Source: Octopus vulgaris | Lineage: Eukaryota | Reading direction: 5' to 3' | Length of the DNA stretch: 64,000 nt | Assembly: GCA_951406725.2 (NCBI GenBank) | Contig: OX597827.1 | Span: 72,106,001-72,170,000 of the forward strand | Shown here: piece by piece, positions 25,513-38,946 of the stretch | Layout of the letters: every line of letters begins with the position of its first letter | Numbering within the stretch: the stretch's first letter is position 1 | Made by a program: the position numbers and the translations under genes | The notes under the pieces: generated by a model | What the model was told of the DNA's origin: nothing | The model's database searches: none | Seen by the model: the letters and a program-made list of their open reading frames with translations, nothing else

Positions 25513-25793
25513 ATTATTTACAATGGACGGATAGGTGTCCTCATCTTCTTTGTTGTTATCTCAACGTTTCGGCTGATGTACTCTCCAGCCTTCTTCAGGT
25601 GTCCTGGTGGAATTTTGAAAAATAACATCAGCAACATATTTCAGGAATGAGAACAGCGTACCCCATTAGTCAAATAAAGGGTTGGGTTTGAAATTCCACC
25701 AGAACACCTGATGAAGGCTGCAGAGTACATCAGCCGAAATGTTGTGTTAACAACAAACAAGATGAGGAAACTGATCTATCCATTGTAAGTAAT
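25513..25793. mobile_element. Fold-back element carrying minimal hammerhead motifs in both arms (Penelope-like)
   Basis: Right arm: AACAC-CTGATGA-A-GGCTG(10 nt)CAGCC-GAAA-TGTT-GTGTT at 25703-25748. The left arm is its diverged reverse complement. About 100-bp arms around a unique loop. Confidence 0.65.
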
Positions 25794-25829
25794 TTACATG
25801 ATTCCTCATCCCCAAAATATAGAATGCTT

Positions 25830-26130
25830 AGGAGCATGTTGGGTGGACTTGTACCTGAGAATTATGCGAAGAGTATACATGTCTGTGGAATAGCCGACCA
25901 CTTGGCACAATATGTAGGTTGTCCAGTGACTGGGTACTACAGATTTGTAATTAGAATGTCGCAGGAAAGAATTGCAAGATGGATTCTTCAAGGTGAGCCT
26001 ACCTGCAGGAGACATTGAGGGTAAACCAAGAATGAGAGGGGTGGATGATAATATTCATAGTCCCAGTTGGTCACACTTGGGAATCCAACCGGAAAAGTGT
26101 AATGGTGGTTGCTTCTGATCGGACCCTATG
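25830..26130 (+). mobile_element. RTE-type LINE reverse-transcriptase C-terminal remnant
   Basis: YYRFVIRMSQERIARWILQGEPTCRRH resembles the W.GHV.RM...R..K..L.G....R..GRP motif. Confidence 0.55.
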
Positions 26131-28035
26131 GAGAATTCTGCCCTCACAACCTTTCCAGGAACAGTGGGTGGATATGTGTGTGTGTGTGTGTGTGTGTATT
26201 ATATAGGTGTTTGCTTGTGGTTAAAAAGTTTGCCTTCCAACTGTATGGTTTTGGGTTCAGTCCCACTGTGTAGCACCTTGGTAGGTGGTAAGAGACAGCA
26301 CTAGATTAACTATCAAGCGAAATAAACACATCCTTAGGGCATCTAGAAAAGGGAGGGTCACCAGAGAAATGGTAAATGGTCTTGGCACAAAAGAAATCAC
26401 TTTAAACTTGCTGAAATAATGTTTGTTTCAACTTTTGGAATACGGCCAGCTTTTTCGGCAAAGGGGTTAATTTGATAACATGGACTTCAGTGCTCAACTG
26501 GTACTTAATTTATCAACCCTGAAAGGATGAAAGGCAAAGTTGACCTCAGCGAAATTTGAATGTAAAGACAGATGGTGCTTTTTACGTGCTACCAGCACGA
26601 GGCCAGTTGGGGCGGTGCTGGCAACGGCCATGTTCGGATGGTTCTCTTACGTGCCACCGGCACTGGTATCACAGCTGCAGTTTCTCAAAATAAATACAGT
26701 AATGAAAAGGTTAAAATCTAAATTTATAGAAACTATTTTGTTTTTCACACATTCACTTGTGTAGGTTTGCAACAGAACTCTCTGAGAGAACATGTTCTGG
26801 TGGCTGGAAACATATTAAACTATGTAAAATGTTAGAGAAAGAAACCTAGCTCTTTCTTGCACTACATACATGTAAAGCAAAGTTTTTTCATGAACCCTTA
26901 AAATAATACTGTGAATCCCCAATTTACTATTTTGTTTGCATGACCCCACCATCGTACATACCCCCACCGGGCCCATTTTGACCCTGATTGAGAGCCACAA
27001 CCCAAAACCATCATTTCCGTTGCAATTATTCTGTGTTTAGTAGACAGTGTTGTAGCTTTAGAGCAACATCGGATCAGATCAAGTAGAACTATGCCCAATG
27101 GCAATCCAATCATGACTATCACCTACATTTTTTGTTCTCAGTTATAGTGTCCCTAAGAATACACTATCTAATGTCACCGTGCCTTTTTTCTTTTTTAAAG
27201 ATTTTATGGTGTAATTTGGTCACGTGAGAGATGTCAGTAACCCAACCAGCTAAAATTGAATTAAATACAAGTTATTATAAACATGACGTGCACACACCTA
27301 AAATAGTTTTAACATCCGGATGGCTAAGTATTTGAGGTTACTGTCAAGAGAGAAAATAATTTGGGGCAAGGGAAAACCTGTTCTTTCAAAGTTTGACTCT
27401 CTCTTTTACTCCTCTGCTTGTTTCAGTCATTTGACTGTGGCCATGCTGGAGCACCGCCTTTAAGTGAGCAAATTGACCCCAGGACTTATTCTTTGTAAGC
27501 CTAGTACTTATTCTATCGGTCTCTTTTGCCAAACCGCTAAGTTACGGGGACGTAAACACACCAGCATCGGTTGACGAGCGATGTTGTAGGGACACACACA
27601 CACACACACACACATGTTCACACGCACACACATATGACAGGCTTCTTTCAGTTTCCATCTACCAAATCCACTCACAAGGCTTTGGTAGGCCCGAGGCTAT
27701 AGCAGAAGACACTTACCCAAGGTATCATGCAGTGGGACTGAACCCGGAACCATGTGGTTGGTAAGCAAGCTGCTTATCACACAGCCACTCCTGCACCTAG
27801 CTACTTACCACATCTTCAATACCAAATAATTTAACCATTTTTTTAGAAAAAATGCATTTCCTAATAATATTTAATTCTAAAAATATAACAGGATTTTTTA
27901 AACATGAAATGTTTGAGGGTCCACCCAAGTAAAATTGGGATCAAAGGGGTCCATAGGTGAAGTGATGGTTGAGAATCACTGCCCTTCTCTAAACTTTCAT
28001 TTCCACTGCAGTTTGGCTGTGTTTAGTAAACAATG

Positions 28036-28376
28036 TGAAGGCGCATGCTTCAGTGGTTAGAGTGTCGAACTTACGATCGTGAGGTTGTGAGTTTGAATCC
28101 CGGACCGGGCTGCGTGTTGTGTTCTTGAGCAAGACACTTTATTTCACGTTGTTCCAGTTCACTCAGCTGTAGAAATGAGTTGCTACGTCATTGGTGCCAA
28201 GCTGTATTGGCTCCTTTGCCTTTCTCATGGATAACACTGGTAGCATGGCAAGGGGAGAGTTGGTACGAATGGGTGACTGCTGGTCTTCCTTAAACAACCT
28301 TACCTGGACTTTTGCCTGGGAGGGTAACTTTCTAGGTGCAATCCCACGGTCAGTCATGACTGAAGGGGGTCTCAAG
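28036..28376 (+). mobile_element. tRNA-derived SINE family C (head GTGAAGGCGCATGGCTCAGTGGTTAGAG)
   Basis: Also at 45277-45620(+), with reverse-strand pieces at about 20-190, 6550-6790 and 37260-37505. Confidence 0.75.
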
Positions 28377-28432
28377 TAAACAATGTGATAAATTGAAAGT
28401 GTTGCTAGTGTTTGTTATTTCAAATAGCTTCA

Positions 28433-29010
28433 GGGCGGCGAGCTGGCAGAAACGTTAGCGCGCCAGGCGAAATGCTTAGCGGTATTTCGTCTGTCGCTAC
28501 GTTCTGAGTTCAAATTCTGCCAAGGTCGACTTTGCCTTTCATCTTTTGGGGTCGATTAAATAAGTACCAGTTACGCACTGGGGTCGATATAATCGACTTA
28601 ATCTGTCTGTCCTTCTTTGTCCTCTCTGTGTTTAGCCCCTTGTGGGTAGTAAAGAAATATGTATTTCATCTGCCATACGTTCTGAGGTCAACTTTACCTT
28701 TCATCCTTTCGGGGTCGATAAATTAAGTACCAGTTATGCACTGGGGTCGATGTAATCGACTTAATCCCTTTGTCTGTCCTTCTTTGTCCTCTCTGTGTTT
28801 AGCCCCTTGTGGGTAGTAAAGAAATAGGTATTTCGTCTGCCATTACGTTCTGAGTTCAAATTCCGCTGCGGTCAACTTTGCCTTTCATCCTTTTGGGGTC
28901 GATAAATTAAGTACCAGTTACGCAATGGGGTTGATGTAATCAACTTAATCCCTTTGTCTGTCCTTGTTTGTTCACTCTGTGTTTAGCTCCTTGTGGGCAA
29001 TAAAGAAATA
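28433..29010 (+). mobile_element. Tandem trimer of SINE family B
   Basis: One full head followed by two 5'-truncated repeats of core plus tail. Confidence 0.85.
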
Positions 29011-29703
29011 TATATATATATAATAGCTTGTGGTGTGTGTTCTGACACTGTGCTGTGAGTTTAAGTTCTGCTAAAGACAATATTAGCTTTCATCCGTTCA
29101 GGATTGTTAAAAAGGAATATGTACTAATCCCGTGTATGGGAATGTTAGTGTCAGATTGGTTGCCTTTCACTGTTTATTTTGGCTCTTTAAATGCCAGTAT
29201 GGTCTAGCTGGGTATTAGACTTTCACCTTGAGTACCTTTAGCAGAGTTGACTCTAGTGGAAACATTTGGGTCAAGTATCTTAAGTTCAGGATACCTTCTT
29301 CCCTCCCTCACACCAGTGTGGGAGGCTCTGTAAAAGTTCCTCACCTGGATCTCTCTTTCTCTGTGTGTGTGTGTACATATACATACTAACACGCACACAC
29401 ACACACACATATTGTGGAGGCGCAATGGCCCAGTGGTTAGGGCAGCGAACTCATAGTTGTAAGATCTATTCCCAGATCGGGCATTGTGAGTGTTTATTGA
29501 GTGAAAACACCTAAAAGCTCCACGAGGCTCTGGCAGGGGGGTGGTGATCCCTGGTGTACTCTTTTGTCACAACTTTCTCTCACTCTGTCTTCTGTTGGCC
29601 TGCTTGCTTAGTCAGCGGGTTGGCGTCATTTGAAGGCTAAAACAATGCGAAGCGCATTGTGACCTGTGATGTGTAGCAACATCTAATAGCCTGGTTGGTC
29701 ACG

Positions 29704-29742
<39 letters not shown>

Positions 29743-30170
29743 AATTGCAGTGTGGAAGGTGTTTATAAGGCCATTTAAGAAACACACAAAAAAAACATTA
29801 GATTCACTTCAACATTTAAATTTAATTTGTCAAAATATTTTTGTTGCTTTGAGACCGCGACCTGTTCACTGACAGAATTCTGTGCTGCAGATCAGGTCAC
29901 TTGCTATGCAAGTACATCTCCGACATAAATAAATAAATATATATATATATAGTTCGTAGATGGGAATCAGATATTCTTCGTATAGAATACACTTAGTAAT
30001 GCTCAAGATTTACACTTGAGCGGGTAGAGAAGTAAATGTGTAAGGATAAGCAAGTTTAACAAATCAATATATAAATTATGTTAAATGCATGAAATGCAAA
30101 AAAATGTGTATGTTTACATACAAAAAGGTTCGACTTACACAGAATACAAATGATATAGAGAATTAACAGT

Positions 30171-30221
<51 letters not shown>

Positions 30222-32826
30222 CAGGCACTTGCCACCATCTATATCTCTCTTTCTCCTCCTCCTGCACCTCCCTCAGGTTGGCCCACTGTGTATTTTCTTT
30301 GCGGCAGCACACCTCTTTCTGTCTTCATTCCTGATCTTTCTCTCTCTGGCCGAGTAAGGCACCTGTATCTGTTTCACTATAACCTTTTCATCATCACTTC
30401 CTCCAATGTCTCCTCCCCCTCTTAAAAAGTTTTTGTTTAATGTCTTGCAAGTACTTGGTGACCCTGTCAGTGCAGGTGCCACTTAAAACCATCCAGTCCT
30501 CACTGTAAAGTGGTTGGTGTTCGGTAGGGCATCCAGCTATAAAAACCTCGGCAAAACTCACCTTGCCTGTGCTTGTGCCACGTAAAAAGCATCAATTCGA
30601 CTCTGCTGTGTGGTTGGTGTTAGGAAAGGCATCCAACTGTTAAAATCCTGCAAAAACAGTCACAGAAGTCTGGTGCTGACTTCGGCCTGGCTGGCTCTTG
30701 TGGTACTGTCCTACCCTTGCTAGCATGGAAGATGGGCGTTAACGATGATGACGATATATAAATATATATATAGCGCCGCCCCGACTGGCTTCTGTGCCAG
30801 TGGCACATAAAAAGCACCATCCGAACGTGGCCGTTGCCAGCACCGCCTTGGCTGGCTTCCGTGCCGGCGGCACGTTAAAAGCTCTAACCGATCGTGGCCG
30901 ATGCCTGTGCAGGTGGCACCCACTACACTCGCGGAGTGGTTGGCGTTAGGAAGGGCATCCAGCTGTAGAAACTCTGCCAGATCAGACTGGAGCCTGGTGC
31001 AGCCCCTGGCTTCCCAGACTCCGGTCGAACCGTCCAACCCGTGCTAGCGCGGAAAACGGACGTTAAACGATGATGATGATATATATAAAAAAATTAAAGT
31101 AAGCTAATGAAGTTTGTGATATAATTTCTCATCCTCTTGTTCTTTTAATTTCTTATTACTGCTCTGTGATTGACTGGTGCTTAATTTTGAAGCATATGAT
31201 TGATTGATTGATTGATTGATTCTAGTTTCAGCTCACGAGCTGTGGCCATGCTGGGGCACCACCATATGTATATTTAGTTTTAATATCAGGTTATTAATAT
31301 CATTATACCTTAGTGAAATAATAATACTTACTACTATAAGCACAAGGCTTGAAATTTGGGGGAGGGAGATAATCGATTACATCAACCCAGTGTGTAACTG
31401 GTACTTAATTTATCGACCCTGAAAGGATGAAAGGCAAAGTTGACCTGAGTGGAATTTGAACTCAGAACATCACTATGGGCGAAATACCGCTATGCATTTT
31501 GTCCACTATGCTAATGATTCTGCCAGCTTGCCACCTTAAATAATAATATGTACACACACACACGTGCATATGAAGAGATAGTGGGGCTCCAAAAGGGATC
31601 TCAGGGTGTAGTGCCCCTGTCTTCCTGAGCTAGCTTTTCATCACATTTCTTAAAAATTGTGGTAGGGGCCTTGGTCTCGGGACCACTCATATCTAGAAAC
31701 TGAGGTTGGGGGTAAGCAAGAGCATGCTCCCTGTAGAAAATCCAGCTCCAAAAAAGCCTCATGATAGCAAAGGAGAATGGGAACCAACCAGCCCAAAGGT
31801 TGGGGTGGGCTGCACCTGCTTACCTCAGTTGCTATGGCATTGAGGTAGAGCCAGCCACCCTTGTTAATGGGGACAAAAACCTGGATTTAAAACACTGGAT
31901 GATAATGACAAGAGAGAATGGCATGTGACATTCTCGATTGCTGCTTCTGGGTCAGTTTTTATCTTTCATGTGTCTTTAAACACAGCATGCCTAGAAGAGA
32001 TGTTATGTCTAAATGAATACCACAGAAACTCCCTTTTCAATGATATATTTACATTATGTATCATACATAGATGGTTATTTTAATATAATACTGCTTCTAT
32101 TGCATATAATGTGTGTGTGTGTGTGTGTGTCCTTTCAGTTTGTTTACAGGAAGCGTTTTTGAGTATTCACATGAAAGCTATGTTATTATGTTCTTTTCTA
32201 CTCTAGGCACAAACAAGGCCTGACATTTTTGGGGAGGGGACCAGTCGATTAGATCGACTCCAGTATGCAACTGGTACTTAATTTATCGACCCCGAAAGGA
32301 TGACAGACAAAGTTGACCTCAGCGGGATTTGAACTCAGAAATACAGACGAAATACCTATTTCTTTACTGCCAACAAGGGGCTACACACAAAGGGTACATT
32401 CAAGGACAGACAAACGGATTAAGTCGATTATATCAACCCCAGTGCGTAACTGGTACTTATTTAATCGACCCCGAAAGGATGAAAGGCAAAGTTGACCTCG
32501 GCAGAATTTGAACTCAGAATGTAAAGACAGACGAAATGCTGCTAAGCATTTCATCCTGTGTGCTGTTTCTGCCAGCTCGCTGCCTTTCCTATTATTATGT
32601 TGGCTATGATCTAGTGATTCCAACTTGCATAAACAATGACCAACCGTAATATCCATGAATATTACAGATTGTACTGTAATCATCCCATGGGTGTGGCTAA
32701 TGGTCACAAAAATCATGTGAACTAGGGAAATGAGTGTAGTGATGCATTAAAATATTTATAAATTCCATCCTTGGATTATTATTATTATTATCATTATCTC
32801 TATCTATTTATGTATGTATATATATA

Positions 32827-32902
<76 letters not shown>

Positions 32903-33150
32903 GGGTTTCTGTCTATCATTGTTTGAATTACATAATAGTGGTTTTTCTCTACACATGACAGAAGTAAATAGACACCCTTATAATCATTAAAATTTATTTA
33001 AATCTGAAATTATACATTCAATTTATTTATTAATTGTTATAATGTGAATATTTAATATTTAGTAGACAGATCCTTTTGCCGAACCACTAAGTAACGGGGA
33101 CATAAACACACCAGCATCAGTTGTCAAGCAATGCTAGGGGGACAACCAAA

Positions 33151-33228
<78 letters not shown>

Positions 33229-33404
33229 TACGACAGGCTTCTTTCAGTTTCCGTCTACTAAATCCACTCACAAGGCATTGGTCGGCCCGGGGCTATAGCA
33301 GAAGACACTTGCCCAAGATGCCACGCTATGGGACTGAACTCGGAACCATGTGGTTGGTTAGCAAGCTACTTACCACACAGCCACTCCTGCGCCTATAAAT
33401 AGTC

Positions 33405-34060
33405 TTTTTTAATCATTTCACCACTGGAGAAGATTTGAAGGAGTCCTTTCTGCAATATGGACACATATTTATCTGAGTTTATGTTTCCCTCACACTCCAC
33501 CAGCTCTGATCAACCATTGCTCCAAATTGTTCCCCAGACCATCACAGAATAGCTACTGTTTCATTGTTGGTTGCAATCTTTTCACATCAAATTCTTGATC
33601 ACAGAGTCTCCAGAGCCATACTCAACCTTTGTTAAGAAATACAGCAATCTGGACTCATCAGAGAATATGACAACATCCCAAAATGCTAGTGGCCTCTCCC
33701 CCATCTCACTGGCCCAATCTTTTCTCCACTTGGTTGGCTGGTCGGAGGAGTGGCTTTCTGCTTGCTGCTTTGCCATAGTAACCAAGTTTGTGGAGATACC
33801 TGACAGCTACTCTGGGACTGACATCAACTTGTTTTGCTATGTCCGAGGCCTTGCAATGAGGATTGTCTTCCAAACTTCTCTTAGCAAAGAGAAGGGTTCT
33901 ATGAGAGGGCCTTAGTTGATCTGGGTGAGGTGATTTGGACTCCTTCCCCTCTCTGGTGAATTGCACAATCACTCTATTAACCGTAGAAAGCAGGATCTCA
34001 AGGTTTTCAGTGATTTTACTCTATGTCCACCTTCAGAATGACCCACAATACGGATAGAAC
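33405..34060 (-). mobile_element. Decayed Tc1-like transposase fragment
   Basis: ASDIAKQVDVSPRVAVRYLHKLGYYGKAASRKPLL and WASEM...FWDVVIFSDESR (Tc1 HTH and the first catalytic D); frameshifted. Confidence 0.8.
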
Positions 34061-34169
34061 CTGAAAATATAAAAGTGTTAGTTAATAATAATAATATAAA
34101 CCATTACAAGTTAGAATAAACATAAAGCAATGTTTTATGAGGTGTCTATTTACTTCTGTCATGTCTGTG

Positions 34170-34205
<36 letters not shown>

Positions 34206-34334
34206 TGTATTTATACATATACAAACATACATATTCACACATGTACATGCATATGTCTATAGATATATGTAAAGATATTTATTTATTGTTATTTTTTTTT
34301 GTTATTTTTTATTCATTCAGATTAATCCAGAACC

Positions 34335-34420
34335 ATGGCAACAATTGAAAAACTTGTAAGATCCTTTGAGGCCCTGAAGGTTTTCCAGCCTGTAGGGGGC
34401 AGTGCTGAAGAACCTACCAA
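34335..34420 (+). CDS. HTT: Huntingtin coding exon 1 (N17 domain, single Q)
   Basis: MATIEKLVRSFEALKVFQPVGGSAEEPT(K), compared with human MATLEKLMKAFESLKSFQ. AG acceptor at 34329-34330, GTAAGT donor at 34421. Confidence 0.95.
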
Positions 34421-35760
34421 GTAAGTTAAAGATTATTCTTTTAACCCTTTAGTATTTAAACCGGCCATATCCGGCCAACATAGTTAATCTGTTTTATGTT
34501 CAAACTGACCAGATCCAGGCTCTCACACCTACCCTACAATGTTATTCTACATTAAGTAATTACACCATCAAGATCTTGAAGATATGAGATAATGCATGAT
34601 CAATTCAAATTAAAGGGTTAAACTTGTATCTTTATGTTTTGTTCTGATTTACACTTCTCAACTTATGCTGTCCCCAGTTTCTCTTCTACCACCAGAGAGA
34701 CAGTGGATGGTAGAATTGGCAGGGCTTTGGACAAAGTATCTTGGAATATTTGGTCACATTGTTTTGCATTGCGAGCTCAAATCCATATGAAGTTGATTTT
34801 GCCTTCATGCTTCCAAGGTCAGTAAATAGAGCGCCAGTTTACAAGTCCTGCAGTTGTTGATGCAATTGACTGTGCACTTGAAGGTGGTGCCTGAGCAGGG
34901 GTTTTGCCCCAGAACAGTCAAGTACTCCAGTACCTGACTGGTACTTATTTTATGAACCCTGAAAAGAAGAAAGGCAAAGTTAATCTTAGTGGAAATTGAA
35001 TTCAGAACATAAAGGATTGTAAGAAATACTTAACAGCATTTTGTCCAATTTGTTAAGGATTCTGTCAGCTCCTTGCCTTAATAGCAATAATAATAGTTTT
35101 TGTTCCTCTGTCATACTCTAACCTCTCATCATCTGACACAAAGCCATCTTTCTCAACACCACTCCCCATCTCAGTTGAGTGATCTTTGTTTTTCAAGTTA
35201 CTTGGTGATCTCACTGGTGCTGGTGCCATGTTCAAAAGCATCCAGTCCCCTCTGTGAAGTGGTTAGCATTAGGAAGAGCATCTGACTGTAAAAATTCCAT
35301 GTCAAAGCAGACAGTGGGGCTTAGCCCAATCCTCTGGCTCACCAGCTCCTGTCAGACCATCCAACCCATGGAAAACAGATGTTAAATGATGACGATGACT
35401 AAATCACTTCAAAGGTTACTCTTTTACTTGTTTCAGTCATTTGACTGTGGCTATGTTGGAGTACTGCCTTTAGTCGAGCAAATCGACTCCGGGACTTATT
35501 CTTTGTAAGCCCAGTACTTGTTCTATCGGTCTCTATTGCCGAACCGCTAAGTGACGGGGGACATAAACACACCAGCATCGGTTGTCAAGCAATGCTAGGG
35601 GGACAAACACAGACACACAAACATATACACACACACATACATACATATATATATATATATATAACGGGAAAGTTTACGAAAATAAACTAAAGACGAAGGC
35701 AGGTGGAGTACAAGCAAACAAATGTATTAGTATAGCGCTCAAGAATAGAAATAGAAAAAG

Positions 35761-35798
35761 TCTTTTACGTTTCGAGCCTACGCTCTTCGACAGAAAGA
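35761..35798 (-). ncRNA. Minimal hammerhead-like motif (variant core CUGUCGA) in a Penelope-like fragment at 35663-35800
   Basis: Minus strand: TCTTT-CTGTCGA-A-GAGC-GTAG-GCTC-GAAA-CG-TA-AAAGA; stems I and II pair perfectly. The fragment sits in the (AT)n of a family A SINE. Confidence 0.5.
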
Positions 35799-36030
35799 TA
35801 CATATATACGATGGGCTTCTTTGAGTTTCCGTCTACCAAATCCACTTACAAGGCTTTGGTCAGCCCAAGGCTATAGTAGAAGACACTTGCCCAAGATGCT
35901 ACGCAGTGGGACTGAACCTGGAACCATGTGGTTGGTAATCAAGCTACTTACCACATAGCCACTCCTAAAATGCAGTCATAATAATCATTTGTTTGTAAAT
36001 TATTATTATTTTTTTCTTCTTTTGCTTCAG

Positions 36031-36114
36031 GAAAAAGGAACCCCTTCCAAGTAAAAAAGACAAAATGATCAATTGTAATGTGATGGCGGATTGTATCTGC
36101 GCACCAAATATGCG
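36031..36114 (+). CDS. HTT: Huntingtin coding exon 2
   Basis: KKEPLPSKKDKMINCNVMADCICAPNM(R), similar to human [28 protein letters not shown]. 84 nt, AG/GT. Confidence 0.92.
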
Positions 36115-38890
36115 GTAAGTACATTAAGTTTGTTGTTGCTTTGTCTCAGGTTTTAATATTTCCCTTTTCTGTGAAACTGTAAGAAATGATTTGAGTGAGA
36201 TTTGGCTGATGTTTCTAACAGGATTGAACCACCTCTTAGAGACCCCCCCTTATTGGCTTGTTGCAGCTGTTGTTATAATTGAAGGCCAGCAGGAGAAGCT
36301 GGAATGATACAGCAATGAGCAAAGTACCTCACAGTGTTTAGTTTCTGCTTTCTACATTCTGAACTGAAAAACTTACTGTGGTAGGACTTGATCCTTTATT
36401 CCTCTCAGTGGCTGGGTCTGTCTATGAAATAAATATCAGTTATATATAGTGGAGTAGGATCATGGTGTAGTACTTATGGTGTTGCAGTCATGAGTGTAAG
36501 ATCATGGTTTCAATTCCTGAGCCAGGCAATGTATTGTGTTCTTGTGCAAAACATTTCATTTCCAAGTCACTCCAGTCCACTCAGCTGTAGAGTCATGTGG
36601 CTTACTGGTTAGGGTGTTGCACTCATGATCATAAGATTGTGGTTTCGATCCCTGGACTGGAGAATGCGCTGAGTCCTTGAGCAAAATTCATGTTGCTCCA
36701 GTCCACTCAGCTGACAAAATGAGTAATCCTGCAATGGCCCAGTGACCCATCCAGTGGGGGAATATATACACCACAGAAAGCAGGGAACCCTATGGATCTG
36801 TATGACTTGGGGAAGGAGCTAAATGAGTTCCAGCAATAATGAGGGAGTTAACCCTATTGTTTATCTTTTTACTTGTTTCAGTTCTTATATTGTGGCCATG
36901 CTGGGGCATCACCACTAAAGAACTTTTAGTTGAACAAATCAACCCCAGTACTTATTTTTCCTTAACCTGGGTGTTTCTTCTATTGACCTCTTTTTCTTGA
37001 ACTGCTAAGATATGGGGACACAAACACACCAACACCGGTTGTCAAGTGGTGCTGGGGGACAAACAAAGACAGACACAAAGACACACACATACATGTATAT
37101 CTTGGGCTTCTTTTGGTTTCCGCCTACCAAATCCACTCACAAAGCTTTGGTCATTCCGAGGCTGTAGTAAAAGCCACTTGCCCAAGGTGTCACTCAGTGG
37201 AACTGAACCTGGAACCATGTGATTGAGAAACAAGCTTCTTCCCATACAAAAAATTAAATGCGCCCTTTTAAAGCCTAGCCAGGCTCATGGGCTCAGTTTC
37301 CTGGTTTCTATGGCGTATGTGTTCCCCAGCTGGATGGGACGCCAGTCCATCGCAGCGTTACTCTTTTTTGCCAACTGAGTGGACTGGAGCAACGTGAAAT
37401 AAAGTGTTTTGCTCAAGAACACAACGCGTCGCCCGATCCAGGAATCGAAACCACAATCTTGCGATCATGGTACTGACACCCTAATCACTAAGCCATGCAC
37501 CTCCACTCTTCCCATACAACCACACCGTATTTTTTTCTTTTTGTTTTTTTTTTTCTGTCTATGGCAGCATTGTTCACTGTATTCTTTCCTTGCTGCTATA
37601 TGTAACAGGCTGAGTAGCCTTGTGGGAGATTCCCCTCAATGGCTATTGTCTGTTCAGTTAATTTCTGTTGCCATAATTCCTTATCAGTTCCATTTTCTGT
37701 TTCACATTCTCTCTGTAAATCAACAATCTTTTCATTGTCAGACTTAGTAATTCTTACTGAATACCTCCACACATTTACAACTGGTAAACTTTGGTTTATC
37801 TCTCATCTTTTACTTGTTTCAGTCGTTTGACAGTGGCCATGCTGGAGCATCAACTTTTTACTCTTTCACTTGTTTCAGTCATTTGACTGCGGTCATGCTG
37901 GAGCACCACCTTTAGTCGAGCAAATCGACTCCAGGACTTATTCTTTGTAAGCCTAGTACTTAATCTATCGGTCTCTTTTGCCGAACTGCTAAGTTACAGG
38001 GATGTAAACACACGAGCATCGGTTGTCATATATACGACGAGCTTCTTTCAGTTTCTGTCTACCAAATCCACTCACAAGGCTTTGGTTGGTCCGAGGCTAT
38101 AGTAGAAGACACTTGCCCAGTGTGCCATGCAGTGGGATCGAGCCCGGAACCATGTGGTTGGTAAGCATCCTACTTACCAGCCTGGTGCTTATTTTATTGG
38201 CCTCTTTTGCCAAACCACTTACCATATTTTAATGTGTATAGGGAACCCTTTTTTGTCAAAAATTAGGTTTAAAAAATATGGGAGTTTTTTTTATATGGAT
38301 AGTATTATAATCTCTTACAAAACCTTTTTTCCAAATTTTAATCCCCAAACATTAGGGGGTTCCTTATACACATTAAAATACGGTACTTACTGGGATATAA
38401 AGACACCAACACCAGTTGTCAAGCAGTGGAGTTGGGACAATCACTCACATACATGCACGCATGCACACACACATGCACGCATGCACACACACACACGATG
38501 GGCTTCTTTCAGTTTCCATCTACCAAATCCACTCGCAAGGCTTTGGTCAACTCAGAGATATAGTGGAAGACACTCACCCAAGGTGCCATGCAGTGGGACT
38601 GAACCCAGGACCATGTGGTCGGGAAGCCAGCTTCATACCACACTATCTCGGAAAACAAATTATCACAAGATGATGTTGAGATGGATAAGATTCTCTTTTC
38701 AGCATCTCATGATGCACGTCTAAAACTTTGGTCACATGATGTACAGACAGAGAACTGCTACATTCCTATCTCCCTCCTCCCCCTCTCTCTCTTACTGTCC
38801 TTCCTTCTTCCACCCCCCCTTGTTTCATCTTCTTTCTCTATTCATGCTTCTCTCTCTGTCTGTCTCTGCCTGTCTGTCTCTCTCTCTCTT

Positions 38891-38946
<56 letters not shown>

